Assembly (NCBI GenBank): GCA_003283905.1 | Contig: QBXA01000004.1 | Span: 11,975-75,974, forward strand | DNA from: Pelagibacteraceae bacterium AG-319-F18 | Lineage (GTDB): Bacteria > Pseudomonadota > Alphaproteobacteria > Pelagibacterales > Pelagibacteraceae | DNA: 64,000 nucleotides | Reading direction: 5' to 3' | Part shown: positions 49,418 through 58,225 of the stretch, in pieces | Layout of the letters: each line of letters opens with the position of its first letter | How positions within the stretch are numbered: the stretch's first letter is position 1 | Program-made: the position numbers and the translations under genes | Notes under the pieces: model-generated | Seen by the model: only the letters and a program-made list of their open reading frames with translations | Told to the model about the DNA's origin: nothing | Database searches by the model: none

Positions 49418-49927
49418 ATGAATAATGTACAAAATAAAAAAAGGGCGAACAAAAGTTTGCCCTTTTTTTTTAAAGATGAATTTAAAGTTTCATTTATAAT
49501 TATATTTATCTCAACTATTTTATTAATTACCACTTTTACTTTCGATATTGTTCCTCCAATTTTAAATAGAGGTATACAGCCAGCAACTTTTCCAAAAGGA
49601 TTATTAATTTTAATAATAGGCTTAACTTTAATCATATATTATTTATCAATAAAAAAACCTTGGAAAGTTGAAAAAAAATTACCAAAGACTTTTTTTTTAA
49701 CATTATTGAGTTTTTTAATCTTTGTCATTGTTTCAAAAACTTTAGACTTCTTTTTGGCAATTTCTTTATTATCTATCTTCGTTTCATACTATTGGGGTGA
49801 AAGACGGATACTTTATTTGATACTAGTTAGTGTAATCTTTCCTATTATAGTATTTATTTTTTTTGAAACAATTTTAGGATTAAGATTTCCACCGGGTATA
49901 ATTACAAATATTTATTATCAAGTTTAA
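49418..49927 (+). CDS. tctB: Tripartite tricarboxylate transporter small TM subunit
   Basis: About 4-5 TM helices; PATFP and C-terminal LRFPPG; lies between tctC and tctA. Confidence 0.78.
   Translation: MNNVQNKKRANKSLPFFFKDEFKVSFIIIFISTILLITTFTFDIVPPILNRGIQPATFPKGLLILIIGLTLIIYYLSIKKPWKVEKKLPKTFFLTLLSFLIFVIVSKTLDFFLAISLLSIFVSYYWGERRILYLILVSVIFPIIVFIFFETILGLRFPPGIITNIYYQV
49436..49471 (+). terminator. Terminator-like hairpin after tctC, inside the 5' end of tctB
   Basis: AAAAAAAGGGCGAAC-AAAA-GTTTGCCCTTTTTTTTT. Confidence 0.72.
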
Positions 49928-49928
49928 A

Positions 49929-51407
49929 ATGGAAAATTTACTTTTAATGATGGCTCCGTTATTTAGCTCTAAACTTTTATTGGTTTTATTTTTTGGAACT
50001 TTATTTGGTTTGATTTTAGGAGTTTTACCAGGCCTAGGTCCAACAACGGGTGGCGCACTAATTTTGCCTTTTACAATGACTTTAGATCCACTTTCAGCAA
50101 TAGTGTTGTTAACTTCAATTTATTGTGCTGGAACTTATGGTGGAGCAATCACAGCAATCTTGATTAATACTCCAGGCACTCCAGCAGCAGCAGCTACTTG
50201 CTTAGATGGTTATCCATTAGCTCAAAAAGGTGAGGCTGGTAGAGCGTTAGGAATGGCCACAGTCTCTAGTACGGTTGGAGGTATTTTTAGTGTGATAATA
50301 TTAGTTTTTTTTGCACCATTACTTGCAAAACTTGCTTATGAATTTGGACAACCTGAATATTTTGCTTTAGCTATTTTCGGATTAACTATGTTGGCATCTA
50401 TAGGAGATGGTAGTCCAATTAAAAATTTAATTGCAGGAGCTTTTGGAATATTAATTTCAACAATTGGAAAAGATTTCATGACTTCTATAGATAGATTTAC
50501 CTATGGGATTAATGAATTATCAGAAGGTATAGGTTTTATTCCTGTTGTAGTAGGTTTATTTGCAATAAGTGAAATGTTAACTCAATCAACATTACTAAAC
50601 CAAGTTTTTAAAAGAGTTGCTTTAAAAGCAGTAAAATTACCTTCTTTAAATGATTACAAACTAACATGGAAAACAATATTGAGATCATCTGGTATTGGAT
50701 CTTTTATAGGAGTATTGCCTGCAGAAGGAGGAACTGTAGCATCATTAATAGGTTATTCTGAAGCAAAAAGATTTTCAAAGAAACCAGAGGATTTTGGTAA
50801 AGGTTCAATTGAAGGAATAGCAGGAGCTGAAGCTGCTAATAATGCTGCAACGGGTGGTGCAATGGTTCCAACTCTTGCTTTAGGAATACCAGGAAGTGCT
50901 ACTACAGCTGTAATATTAACAGGTCTAATTATTCATGGAGTAAGACCTGGGCCCGATTTATTTAGAGAGCAACCAGAATTTTTATATGGAATTTTTGGCG
51001 CAATGTTAATTGCCAATGTCCTCTTTTTTATATTTGGTTTTTTTGGTGCTAAAATTTTTGCCCGTATAACTTTAGTACCAAATAAAATTTTGTGGCCAAT
51101 GATATTTGCAGTTTCTGTTTGTGGAACCTATTCACTAAGTCAATCTATTATTGATGTTTGGATAATGCTTTTATTTGGGGTGATTGGTTTTTTTATGCGA
51201 AGATATGGTTTTTCAGTAGTTCCAGTGATAATTGGGTTAATCTTAGGAGAATTGGTTGAGGGAACTCTCAGACAGTCTTTGGTGATATTTGATGGTAATT
51301 GGTTAATGTTTTTAACTAGACCTATAGCACTAACATTTTTTATTTTATCTTTAATTGCTTTAGCTTTTCCATTATTAAGATCAAAAAAAAGAAAAAAGAT
51401 ATTATGA
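49929..51407 (+). CDS. tctA: Tripartite tricarboxylate transporter large TM subunit
   Basis: GVLPGLG, YGGAITAILINTPG, EAANNA, PTLALGIPGS. Confidence 0.92.
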   Translation: MENLLLMMAPLFSSKLLLVLFFGTLFGLILGVLPGLGPTTGGALILPFTMTLDPLSAIVLLTSIYCAGTYGGAITAILINTPGTPAAAATCLDGYPLAQKGEAGRALGMATVSSTVGGIFSVIILVFFAPLLAKLAYEFGQPEYFALAIFGLTMLASIGDGSPIKNLIAGAFGILISTIGKDFMTSIDRFTYGINELSEGIGFIPVVVGLFAISEMLTQSTLLNQVFKRVALKAVKLPSLNDYKLTWKTILRSSGIGSFIGVLPAEGGTVASLIGYSEAKRFSKKPEDFGKGSIEGIAGAEAANNAATGGAMVPTLALGIPGSATTAVILTGLIIHGVRPGPDLFREQPEFLYGIFGAMLIANVLFFIFGFFGAKIFARITLVPNKILWPMIFAVSVCGTYSLSQSIIDVWIMLLFGVIGFFMRRYGFSVVPVIIGLILGELVEGTLRQSLVIFDGNWLMFLTRPIALTFFILSLIALAFPLLRSKKRKKIL

Positions 51408-52153
51408 TTAAATTTGATTTAACTAACAGAGTAGCAATTGTAACTGGTGGTGCCCAAGGTTTTGGTTTAGCTATTACAGAGAGATTTGTTGAGGCAGGTG
51501 CTAAGGTTGTTATTTGGGACATTGATGAAGATGCGGTTAAAAAAGCATTAGAAAAAATAAATTCAGATAATCTTAGTTATCAAATTGTAGATGTAAGTAA
51601 TTTTGAAAATATTAATAAAAATCTAACTGAAACTGAAAACAAACATGGAAAGATAGACATCTTTATAAATAATGCTGGTATAGCAGGTATGAATACTACA
51701 GTTGCAGAATATCCACTAGATGAATGGAAAAAAGTTATGGATTTAAATTTAAACTCAGTATTTTATTGTTGCAAAGCAGTTGTTCCTTTTATGATTAAAA
51801 ATGATTATGGAAGAATAGTTAATATTGCTTCAATTGCTGGAAAAGAAGGAAATCCTAATGCAAGTGCGTACAGCACATCAAAAGCAGGAGTGATTGGTCT
51901 TACCAAATCACTTGGAAAAGAACTAGCTTTAAAAAATATAGCAGTAAATTGTGTTACTCCAGCAGCTGCAAAAACAAGGATTTTTGATCAAATGACAGAA
52001 GAACATATTAATTATATGTTATCTAAAATACCAAGAAATAAATTTGCTAAAGTTGAAGAATTAGCTTCTTTAGTTACTTGGTTGTCTAGTGAAGAAAATT
52101 CATTCTCTACGGCAGCTGTATTTGATTTAAGTGGAGGAAGAGCTACATATTAG
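51404..52153 (+). CDS. Short-chain dehydrogenase (2-keto-3-deoxy sugar acid dehydrogenase-like)
   Basis: TGGAQGFG, NNAGI, SIAGKEGNPNASAYSTSK, FDLSGGRATY. Confidence 0.8.
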   Translation: MIKFDLTNRVAIVTGGAQGFGLAITERFVEAGAKVVIWDIDEDAVKKALEKINSDNLSYQIVDVSNFENINKNLTETENKHGKIDIFINNAGIAGMNTTVAEYPLDEWKKVMDLNLNSVFYCCKAVVPFMIKNDYGRIVNIASIAGKEGNPNASAYSTSKAGVIGLTKSLGKELALKNIAVNCVTPAAAKTRIFDQMTEEHINYMLSKIPRNKFAKVEELASLVTWLSSEENSFSTAAVFDLSGGRATY

Positions 52154-52155
52154 TT

Positions 52156-53058
52156 ATGCAAATAGGAGTTGATGTAGGTGCAACTAAAATTGAAACTGTT
52201 GTACTTGAAGAAAACGGACAAGAAAAACATAGATCTAGAATAGCTTGTCCAAAAGACTATTTGAAAATTATCAGCGCTATTAAAGATGTTCATCATAAAT
52301 TAGAAAAAGAATTTCAAAAAGAATTACCAATTGGTGTTTGTCATCCAGGAATTCATTCTCCACAAACAGGTCTAGTTAAAAATGCTCCTAATTGTAATTG
52401 GTTAGAAAAAAAGCCTTTTCAAGGAGATTTAAGAAAAGCTTTAGGTAAAGAAGTGTTTTGTGAAAATGATGCAAATTGTTTTGCGCTATCAGAAGCAATA
52501 GATGGTTCTGGAAAACATTATAAAATTATTTATGGAATAATTTTAGGTTCAGGCGCTGGTGGTGGACTTGTCATTGATAAACAAATTGTAAGTGGACCAA
52601 ACGGAGTGGCAGGTGAATGGGGTCATAATCAAATACCTTATTTTGCAGCTAAAAAAGAAAATTTTGATTCTAATAATGCGAGAGAAGCTGAAGTTGAAAG
52701 CTTCGTCTCTGGCCTTGCTTTGGCTAAAAGATTTAATAAAATTTATGGAAAGAATTTAAAAACAAATGAAATTTTTGAAATGTATAGAAAACACGATTTA
52801 GACGCAGAAAGATTTATTGATGAATTTAAATTAAACTTGGCTATGTCTTTATCAGCAATAATAAATATTTTAGACCCAGACGCTTTTATTTTTGGCGGAG
52901 GTGTTTCAAATGAAATTGACTTTTTAAGTGAAATTGAGTCAATGATTAAAAAATTTGTTATAGGTAAAGAGTATGATGGTGTATTTTTAAAACCTAAATT
53001 TGGTGATGCTAGCGGTGTTAGAGGTGCGGCAAGACTTGGACGGAGTGCAACATATTAA
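52156..53058 (+). CDS. ROK-family sugar kinase (Mak/fructokinase-like)
   Basis: GVDVGATK, ENDANCFALSEA, ILGSGAGGG, AGEWGH, GDASGVRGAA; no HTH. Confidence 0.85.
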   Translation: MQIGVDVGATKIETVVLEENGQEKHRSRIACPKDYLKIISAIKDVHHKLEKEFQKELPIGVCHPGIHSPQTGLVKNAPNCNWLEKKPFQGDLRKALGKEVFCENDANCFALSEAIDGSGKHYKIIYGIILGSGAGGGLVIDKQIVSGPNGVAGEWGHNQIPYFAAKKENFDSNNAREAEVESFVSGLALAKRFNKIYGKNLKTNEIFEMYRKHDLDAERFIDEFKLNLAMSLSAIINILDPDAFIFGGGVSNEIDFLSEIESMIKKFVIGKEYDGVFLKPKFGDASGVRGAARLGRSATY

Positions 53059-53246
53059 GATTCAATTTTTAGTTGAATTAAAAAAGCTATCTTCGCTTAT
53101 ATTATTATTAAAATTGATAAATTTTTAGATAAAAAAATTAACAACTCTTAGTTGATATATTTTTTTTAGTTAGGAATAATCAATCATTCTACCTATAATT
53201 ATTTTTTATATAAAAATAAGTTAACTTAATAAATAAGAGGAAAGAC

Positions 53247-54503
53247 ATGAAAAAAATAATAATCGCTTTAATTACATTAGCGTTTACTTCTACTTCTTCT
53301 ATTGCGGGACCAAAAATTGAGGTGTTGCACTGGTGGACTTCAGGTGGTGAAGCTGCTGCTCTTAAAGTATTAAAAGATGATTTTGCTGCTAATGGCGGTG
53401 AATGGTTGGACATGCCTGTAACAGGTGGTGGTGGTGACGCTGCTAACGTTGCATTAAAAGCAAGAATAGTTGCTGGTGATCCACCATCTGCTTCTCAAAT
53501 TAAAGGTCCTACAATTCAAGAGTATGACCAAGAAGGTGTGGTAGCTCCATATAACATTGATTCAATAGCTCAATCTGAAGGATGGGATAGTTTGTTAGAT
53601 CCAATGATTGCAGCTGTTCATAAATGTCAAAACAATAGCGGCCCTTATTGTGCAGCTCCAGTAAATATTCATAGAATTGATTGGATATGGGCTAACAAAG
53701 TAGTTTTTGATGAAAATGGCCTATCTATGCCAACAACTTGGGATGAATTAAATGCTGCAGCTGATAAATTACAAGCAGCTGGAATAATTCCATTTGCTCA
53801 TGGTGGTCAAGCTTGGCAAGATGCTACAGTATTTGAAGCAGTTGCTATGGGTATTGGTGGAAACAATTATTACAAAAATTGTTATGTAAAATTGGAAGAA
53901 GGTTGCCTAAGAAGCGAAACAACAGTTAAAGTTTTTGATCAAATGAGAAAACTACAAGGCTATACTGATCCAGGTAGTCCAGGTAGAGATTGGAACGTTG
54001 CAACTGGTATGGTTATAGAAGGTAAAGCTGGTTTTCAAATTATGGGAGACTGGGCTAAAGGAGAATTTACAGCTGCTGGTAAATCACCAGGTTGGGATTA
54101 TATGTGTTCTCCAACACCTTCAAACAACGGGTACTTATATAATGTAGATAGTTTTATTTTCTATAAAACTAGCGATCCTGATAAACAAGCTGGTCAAAAA
54201 TTATTAGCTAAACTTATGATGGGTAAAAACTTCCAAAAAGTTTTTAACTTATACAAAGGTTCAATACCTGCTCGTTTAGATGTACCAATGGATGAATTTG
54301 ACGATTGTGCAAAAGCATCTAATGCAGATATTAAAACTGCTGGTGCAAAAGGTGGATTAGTTCCAAGTTTTGCTCATGGTATGGCTCAAGGTAATACTAT
54401 GAAAGCCGCTCTACAAGATATAATCACAGAACATTTTAATTCTGACATGTCTTCAGTAGATGCTGCTAACGCATTAGCTGATTCAGTTCTAGCTAACATG
54501 TAG
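53247..54503 (+). CDS. Glucose/hexose ABC substrate-binding protein (GtsA-like)
   Basis: EVLHWWTSGGEAAAL, PVNIHR, AHGGQAWQDAT, QIMGDWAKGE, KGSIPAR. Confidence 0.85.
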   Translation: MKKIIIALITLAFTSTSSIAGPKIEVLHWWTSGGEAAALKVLKDDFAANGGEWLDMPVTGGGGDAANVALKARIVAGDPPSASQIKGPTIQEYDQEGVVAPYNIDSIAQSEGWDSLLDPMIAAVHKCQNNSGPYCAAPVNIHRIDWIWANKVVFDENGLSMPTTWDELNAAADKLQAAGIIPFAHGGQAWQDATVFEAVAMGIGGNNYYKNCYVKLEEGCLRSETTVKVFDQMRKLQGYTDPGSPGRDWNVATGMVIEGKAGFQIMGDWAKGEFTAAGKSPGWDYMCSPTPSNNGYLYNVDSFIFYKTSDPDKQAGQKLLAKLMMGKNFQKVFNLYKGSIPARLDVPMDEFDDCAKASNADIKTAGAKGGLVPSFAHGMAQGNTMKAALQDIITEHFNSDMSSVDAANALADSVLANM

Positions 54504-54515
54504 TTCAAAAAAATT

Positions 54516-54549
54516 AAAAGGCCACTTTTAACTAAGTGGCCTTTTTTTT
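54516..54549 (+). terminator. Rho-independent terminator after the glucose-type SBP gene
   Basis: AAAAGGCCACTT...AAGTGGCCTTTT stem plus T-run. Confidence 0.85.
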
Positions 54550-54573
54550 AATCAAAACTAAAAAATATTTATA

Positions 54574-55449
54574 ATGTTCAAATGGTTAGAAAAAAATTTA
54601 CCTAAAATTGTAATGGCACCAGCTGTTGGTTTGATAGGATGGTTTGTTTACGGTTTTGTGCTTTGGACTTTATATATATCTTTTACAAATTCTAAAATTT
54701 TACCAAAGTATGAATTATGGGGAGTTGGTCAGTATGTTAAGTTATGGGCTTCTCGTAAATGGCTAATTTCAGTAGATAATTTACTAGTTTTCACAGCGTT
54801 ATTTTTAATTTTTTGTATAGTTATTGGAATTATTCTGGCAATTTTTTTAGATCAGAAGATTAGAGCCGAAGGTGTCTTAAGAACGATTTATTTATATCCT
54901 ATGGCTTTATCTTTTATTGTCACAGGTACTGCTTGGAAATGGATTTTAAACCCTACTCTAGGTCTTCAAAAAATGTTTATTGATTGGGGTTTTGAAAATT
55001 TCACCTTTGATTGGCTGGTTAATCGAGAAATGGCCATTTATACCATTGTTATTGCTGGTGTTTGGCAATCTGCGGGTTTTGTGATGGCATTATTTTTAGC
55101 TGGTTTAAGATCTGTTGAGGATGAAATTGTCAAAGCTGCCAAAATTGATGGTGCAGGATTATTTACAGTTTATTGGAAAATACTTCTTCCAATGATGAGA
55201 CCAGTATTTTTTACAAGTTTTGTAATCTTAGTTCACATTTCAATTAAAAGTTACGATTTAATTGTTGCTTTAACACAGGGTGGACCAGGTATTTCAACTA
55301 CAATGCCAGCTTTATTTATGACACAAGCTGCATTTCACAAAAGTCAAGTAGGATTATCTGCAGCGAGTGCGATGATGATGTTTATGGCAGTTGCGGCAGT
55401 AATTATTCCATATTTATATTCTGAATTAAGGAGAGAAAATGCAAGATAA
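54574..55449 (+). CDS. CUT1 sugar ABC permease (GtsB-like)
   Basis: LDQKIRAEG, YPMALSFIVTG, KAAKIDGA. Confidence 0.88.
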   Translation: MFKWLEKNLPKIVMAPAVGLIGWFVYGFVLWTLYISFTNSKILPKYELWGVGQYVKLWASRKWLISVDNLLVFTALFLIFCIVIGIILAIFLDQKIRAEGVLRTIYLYPMALSFIVTGTAWKWILNPTLGLQKMFIDWGFENFTFDWLVNREMAIYTIVIAGVWQSAGFVMALFLAGLRSVEDEIVKAAKIDGAGLFTVYWKILLPMMRPVFFTSFVILVHISIKSYDLIVALTQGGPGISTTMPALFMTQAAFHKSQVGLSAASAMMMFMAVAAVIIPYLYSELRRENAR

Positions 55450-56344
55450 TTTACAAACATCTTCTTACAAGCAACTCGAACAAAAATCTAAATATACAAA
55501 TATGTTTTTGAGATGGTTTTTGTATTTTGTTTTAATTCTTTTTGCATCTTACTTTATTTTTCCATTGTATGTGATGGTTGTAACTTCATTAAAGACAATG
55601 GAGGAAATACGTCAAGGAACACTTCTTACTTGGCCAAGTTCTTTAAATTTTGATTCATGGTTGGTTGCCTGGGGTGGAAGAGGCTATGGAGCAGGGGATA
55701 CTTTTTTAAGGCCATATTTTTGGAATTCAATTAAGATGGTAGTGCCAGCTGTATTTTTTTCTACATTCATAGGAGCTATGACTGGATATGTTTTAACAAA
55801 ATGGAGATTTAAAGGAGATCAATGGGTTTTCCTTTTTTTATTATTTGGATGTTTTATTCCTTTTCAGGCAATTTTATTACCAATGGCTAGAACTCTTGGA
55901 GTTTTAGGAATATCAAATTCTGTAATTGGTCTTGTATTAGTTCACACAGTTTATGGAATTCCATTTACAACATTATTTTTTAGAAACTATTATGTTTCAG
56001 TACCCACCGAATTAGTTAAAGCTGCTAGAATAGATGGAGCAGGATTTTTTAAAATATTTTTTAAAATATTACTACCAATCTCTGCACCAATAATTGTTGT
56101 AACGGTGATTTGGCAATTTACACAAATCTGGAATGACTTTTTATTTGGATCTACATTTTCATTTGGTGAAGCTGCACCAATTCAAGTGGCTTTAAATAAT
56201 ATGGTTTTATCAAGCACAAGTGTTAAAGAATATAATGTTGATATGGCATCGGCTATTATTGCAGGTATACCAACGCTTATTGTTTATGTTTTAGCAGGTA
56301 AATATTTTATTAGAGGATTAACTTCAGGAGCAGTGAAAGGATAA
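55439..56344 (+). CDS. CUT1 sugar ABC permease (GtsC-like)
   Basis: FIPFQ, LFFRNYY, KAARIDGA, WNDFLF, GAVKG. Confidence 0.88.
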   Translation: MQDNLQTSSYKQLEQKSKYTNMFLRWFLYFVLILFASYFIFPLYVMVVTSLKTMEEIRQGTLLTWPSSLNFDSWLVAWGGRGYGAGDTFLRPYFWNSIKMVVPAVFFSTFIGAMTGYVLTKWRFKGDQWVFLFLLFGCFIPFQAILLPMARTLGVLGISNSVIGLVLVHTVYGIPFTTLFFRNYYVSVPTELVKAARIDGAGFFKIFFKILLPISAPIIVVTVIWQFTQIWNDFLFGSTFSFGEAAPIQVALNNMVLSSTSVKEYNVDMASAIIAGIPTLIVYVLAGKYFIRGLTSGAVKG

Positions 56345-56346
56345 AA

Positions 56347-57441
56347 ATGAAAACATTAAAAATTGAGGAATTGTCAAAAAACTTTGGATCAACAGAAGTT
56401 TTAAGAAAAATTAATTTAGAAATAGATGAAGGAAATTTTTTAGTTCTTTTAGGTCCTTCCGGCTGTGGGAAATCAACACTATTAAATATTATTGCAGGTT
56501 TAGAGACAATTAACGAAGGTAATGTATATATAGATGATTACAATGTGAGTAAAGTAGAGCCAAAAGACCGAAATATAGCAATGGTTTTCCAATCTTATGC
56601 TTTATATCCATCTATGAACGTGCGTGAAAATATGATTTTTGGTCTTAAACAAGCGAAGGTATCAAAAGAAAAAATAGAGGAACAACTAGAAAAGGTATCA
56701 AAATTTTTACAAGTTGACGCATTGTTAGAAAGAAAACCTTCTCAGTTATCAGGAGGACAACGACAGCGTGTTGCAATTGGAAGAGCATTAGTTAGAGAGC
56801 CAAGAATATTTTTATTTGATGAGCCTTTATCAAATTTAGATGCAAAATTAAGAGTTGAGATGAGAAGAGAAATTAAAAAACTTCATCAACAACTTAAAAC
56901 AACAGTCGTATATGTAACTCACGATCAAACAGAAGCCATGAGTTTAGGGACTAAAATTGCGATCATGAATCACGGAGTAATTCAACAAAATGAATCACCT
57001 GAAAATATTTACAATAAACCTAGCAATACTTTTGTGGCTGATTTTATTGGATCTCCTTCGATGAATTTAATTAAGGGAAATTTAAAACAAAGTTCAGATA
57101 GAATTTTATTTACAGCTGAAGGAGCAAATTTTGATATTCCAATTAATAGTTATGATTTTGATGATACTTCTCAATTAAATAATAAAGAGATATATTTTGG
57201 TATTAGGCCAGAACATATTTACTTTAAAAAATCTAACGAAAATGATTTTGAGGTAAATTTAAAAGCTGATTTAAGTGAATACATTGGTCATGAACAAATA
57301 ATAACTTTTAATTTGGCAAATCAAGAACTTTTAGCTAAATTTTCTTCGACTATAAAAATAGAATTAAACAAAGAAACTAAATTATATTTTGATTTAACTC
57401 AAGTTTCAATGTTTGATGCTAATTCGCAAGAAAGAATATAA
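56347..57441 (+). CDS. CUT1 sugar ABC ATP-binding protein (MalK-like)
   Basis: GPSGCGKST, MVFQSYALYP, LSGGQRQR, DEPLSNLDAKLR, GIRPEH. Confidence 0.92.
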   Translation: MKTLKIEELSKNFGSTEVLRKINLEIDEGNFLVLLGPSGCGKSTLLNIIAGLETINEGNVYIDDYNVSKVEPKDRNIAMVFQSYALYPSMNVRENMIFGLKQAKVSKEKIEEQLEKVSKFLQVDALLERKPSQLSGGQRQRVAIGRALVREPRIFLFDEPLSNLDAKLRVEMRREIKKLHQQLKTTVVYVTHDQTEAMSLGTKIAIMNHGVIQQNESPENIYNKPSNTFVADFIGSPSMNLIKGNLKQSSDRILFTAEGANFDIPINSYDFDDTSQLNNKEIYFGIRPEHIYFKKSNENDFEVNLKADLSEYIGHEQIITFNLANQELLAKFSSTIKIELNKETKLYFDLTQVSMFDANSQERI

Positions 57442-57443
57442 TT

Positions 57444-58205
57444 ATGAAAGTAAAATATTTTGATTTAAAAAATAAAAGAGTTTTTATTTCAGGAGGTGGA
57501 TCAGGTATTGGTGCAACTATAGTAGAGCAATTTTGTGAACAAAATAGTGAAGTTTATTTTATAGATATAGATATTAAAGCTTCAAAAAAATTAGTAAAAA
57601 AAATCAAAAAAAAAAAACTAAAAACCCCTAATTTTATTGAGTGCAATATTTTAGACATTAAAAAACTACAAAATATAATTAAAGAAATCATTACCAAAAA
57701 GGGACCAATACATTGTTTGATAAATAGTGCGGCTAATGATGATAGACATACTACTGAGCAAGTTGATGAAAAATATTGGGAAAATAGAATGGGTATAAAT
57801 TTAAAACATTATTTTTTTGCAGCTCAAGCAGTCGTAAAAGGAATGAAAAAAATTAAGTCAGGATCAATTGTGAATTTAAGCTCTGTATCATGGATGCTTG
57901 GAGAGGGTGATAAAGTAGTTTATGAAACTGCTAAATCCGCAGTTGTTGGTTTAACCAGATCTTTTGCTCAAGAGTTTGGAAAATATAATATAAGAACTAA
58001 TTCAGTCATACCTGGTTCAATTGCAACTGAAAGACAAATAAAACACTGGTTAACCCCAAAATATAAAAAACTCATTCTAGATAGCCAGGCTTTGAAAAGA
58101 CAATTAAAACCTGATGATGTAGCAAGACTGGTATTATTCTTATCTTCTGATCAATCTTCTGGTTGTACAAAACAAAGTTTTGTTGTTGATGCTGGAATAG
58201 CATAA
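57444..58205 (+). CDS. SDR aldose 1-dehydrogenase (Caulobacter XylB-like)
   Basis: SGGGSGIG, NSAANDDRH, YETAKSA, TERQ. Confidence 0.75.
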   Translation: MKVKYFDLKNKRVFISGGGSGIGATIVEQFCEQNSEVYFIDIDIKASKKLVKKIKKKKLKTPNFIECNILDIKKLQNIIKEIITKKGPIHCLINSAANDDRHTTEQVDEKYWENRMGINLKHYFFAAQAVVKGMKKIKSGSIVNLSSVSWMLGEGDKVVYETAKSAVVGLTRSFAQEFGKYNIRTNSVIPGSIATERQIKHWLTPKYKKLILDSQALKRQLKPDDVARLVLFLSSDQSSGCTKQSFVVDAGIA

Positions 58206-58225
58206 TTATAAATAAGTTAGTAAAA

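Noticed and set aside
53059-53246. Riboswitch or ncRNA in the longer intergenic spacers (also 11977-12144 and 27726-27881)
   Set aside because: They are nearly pure A/T with no recognisable structured motif; a covariance-model search would be needed to exclude this fully
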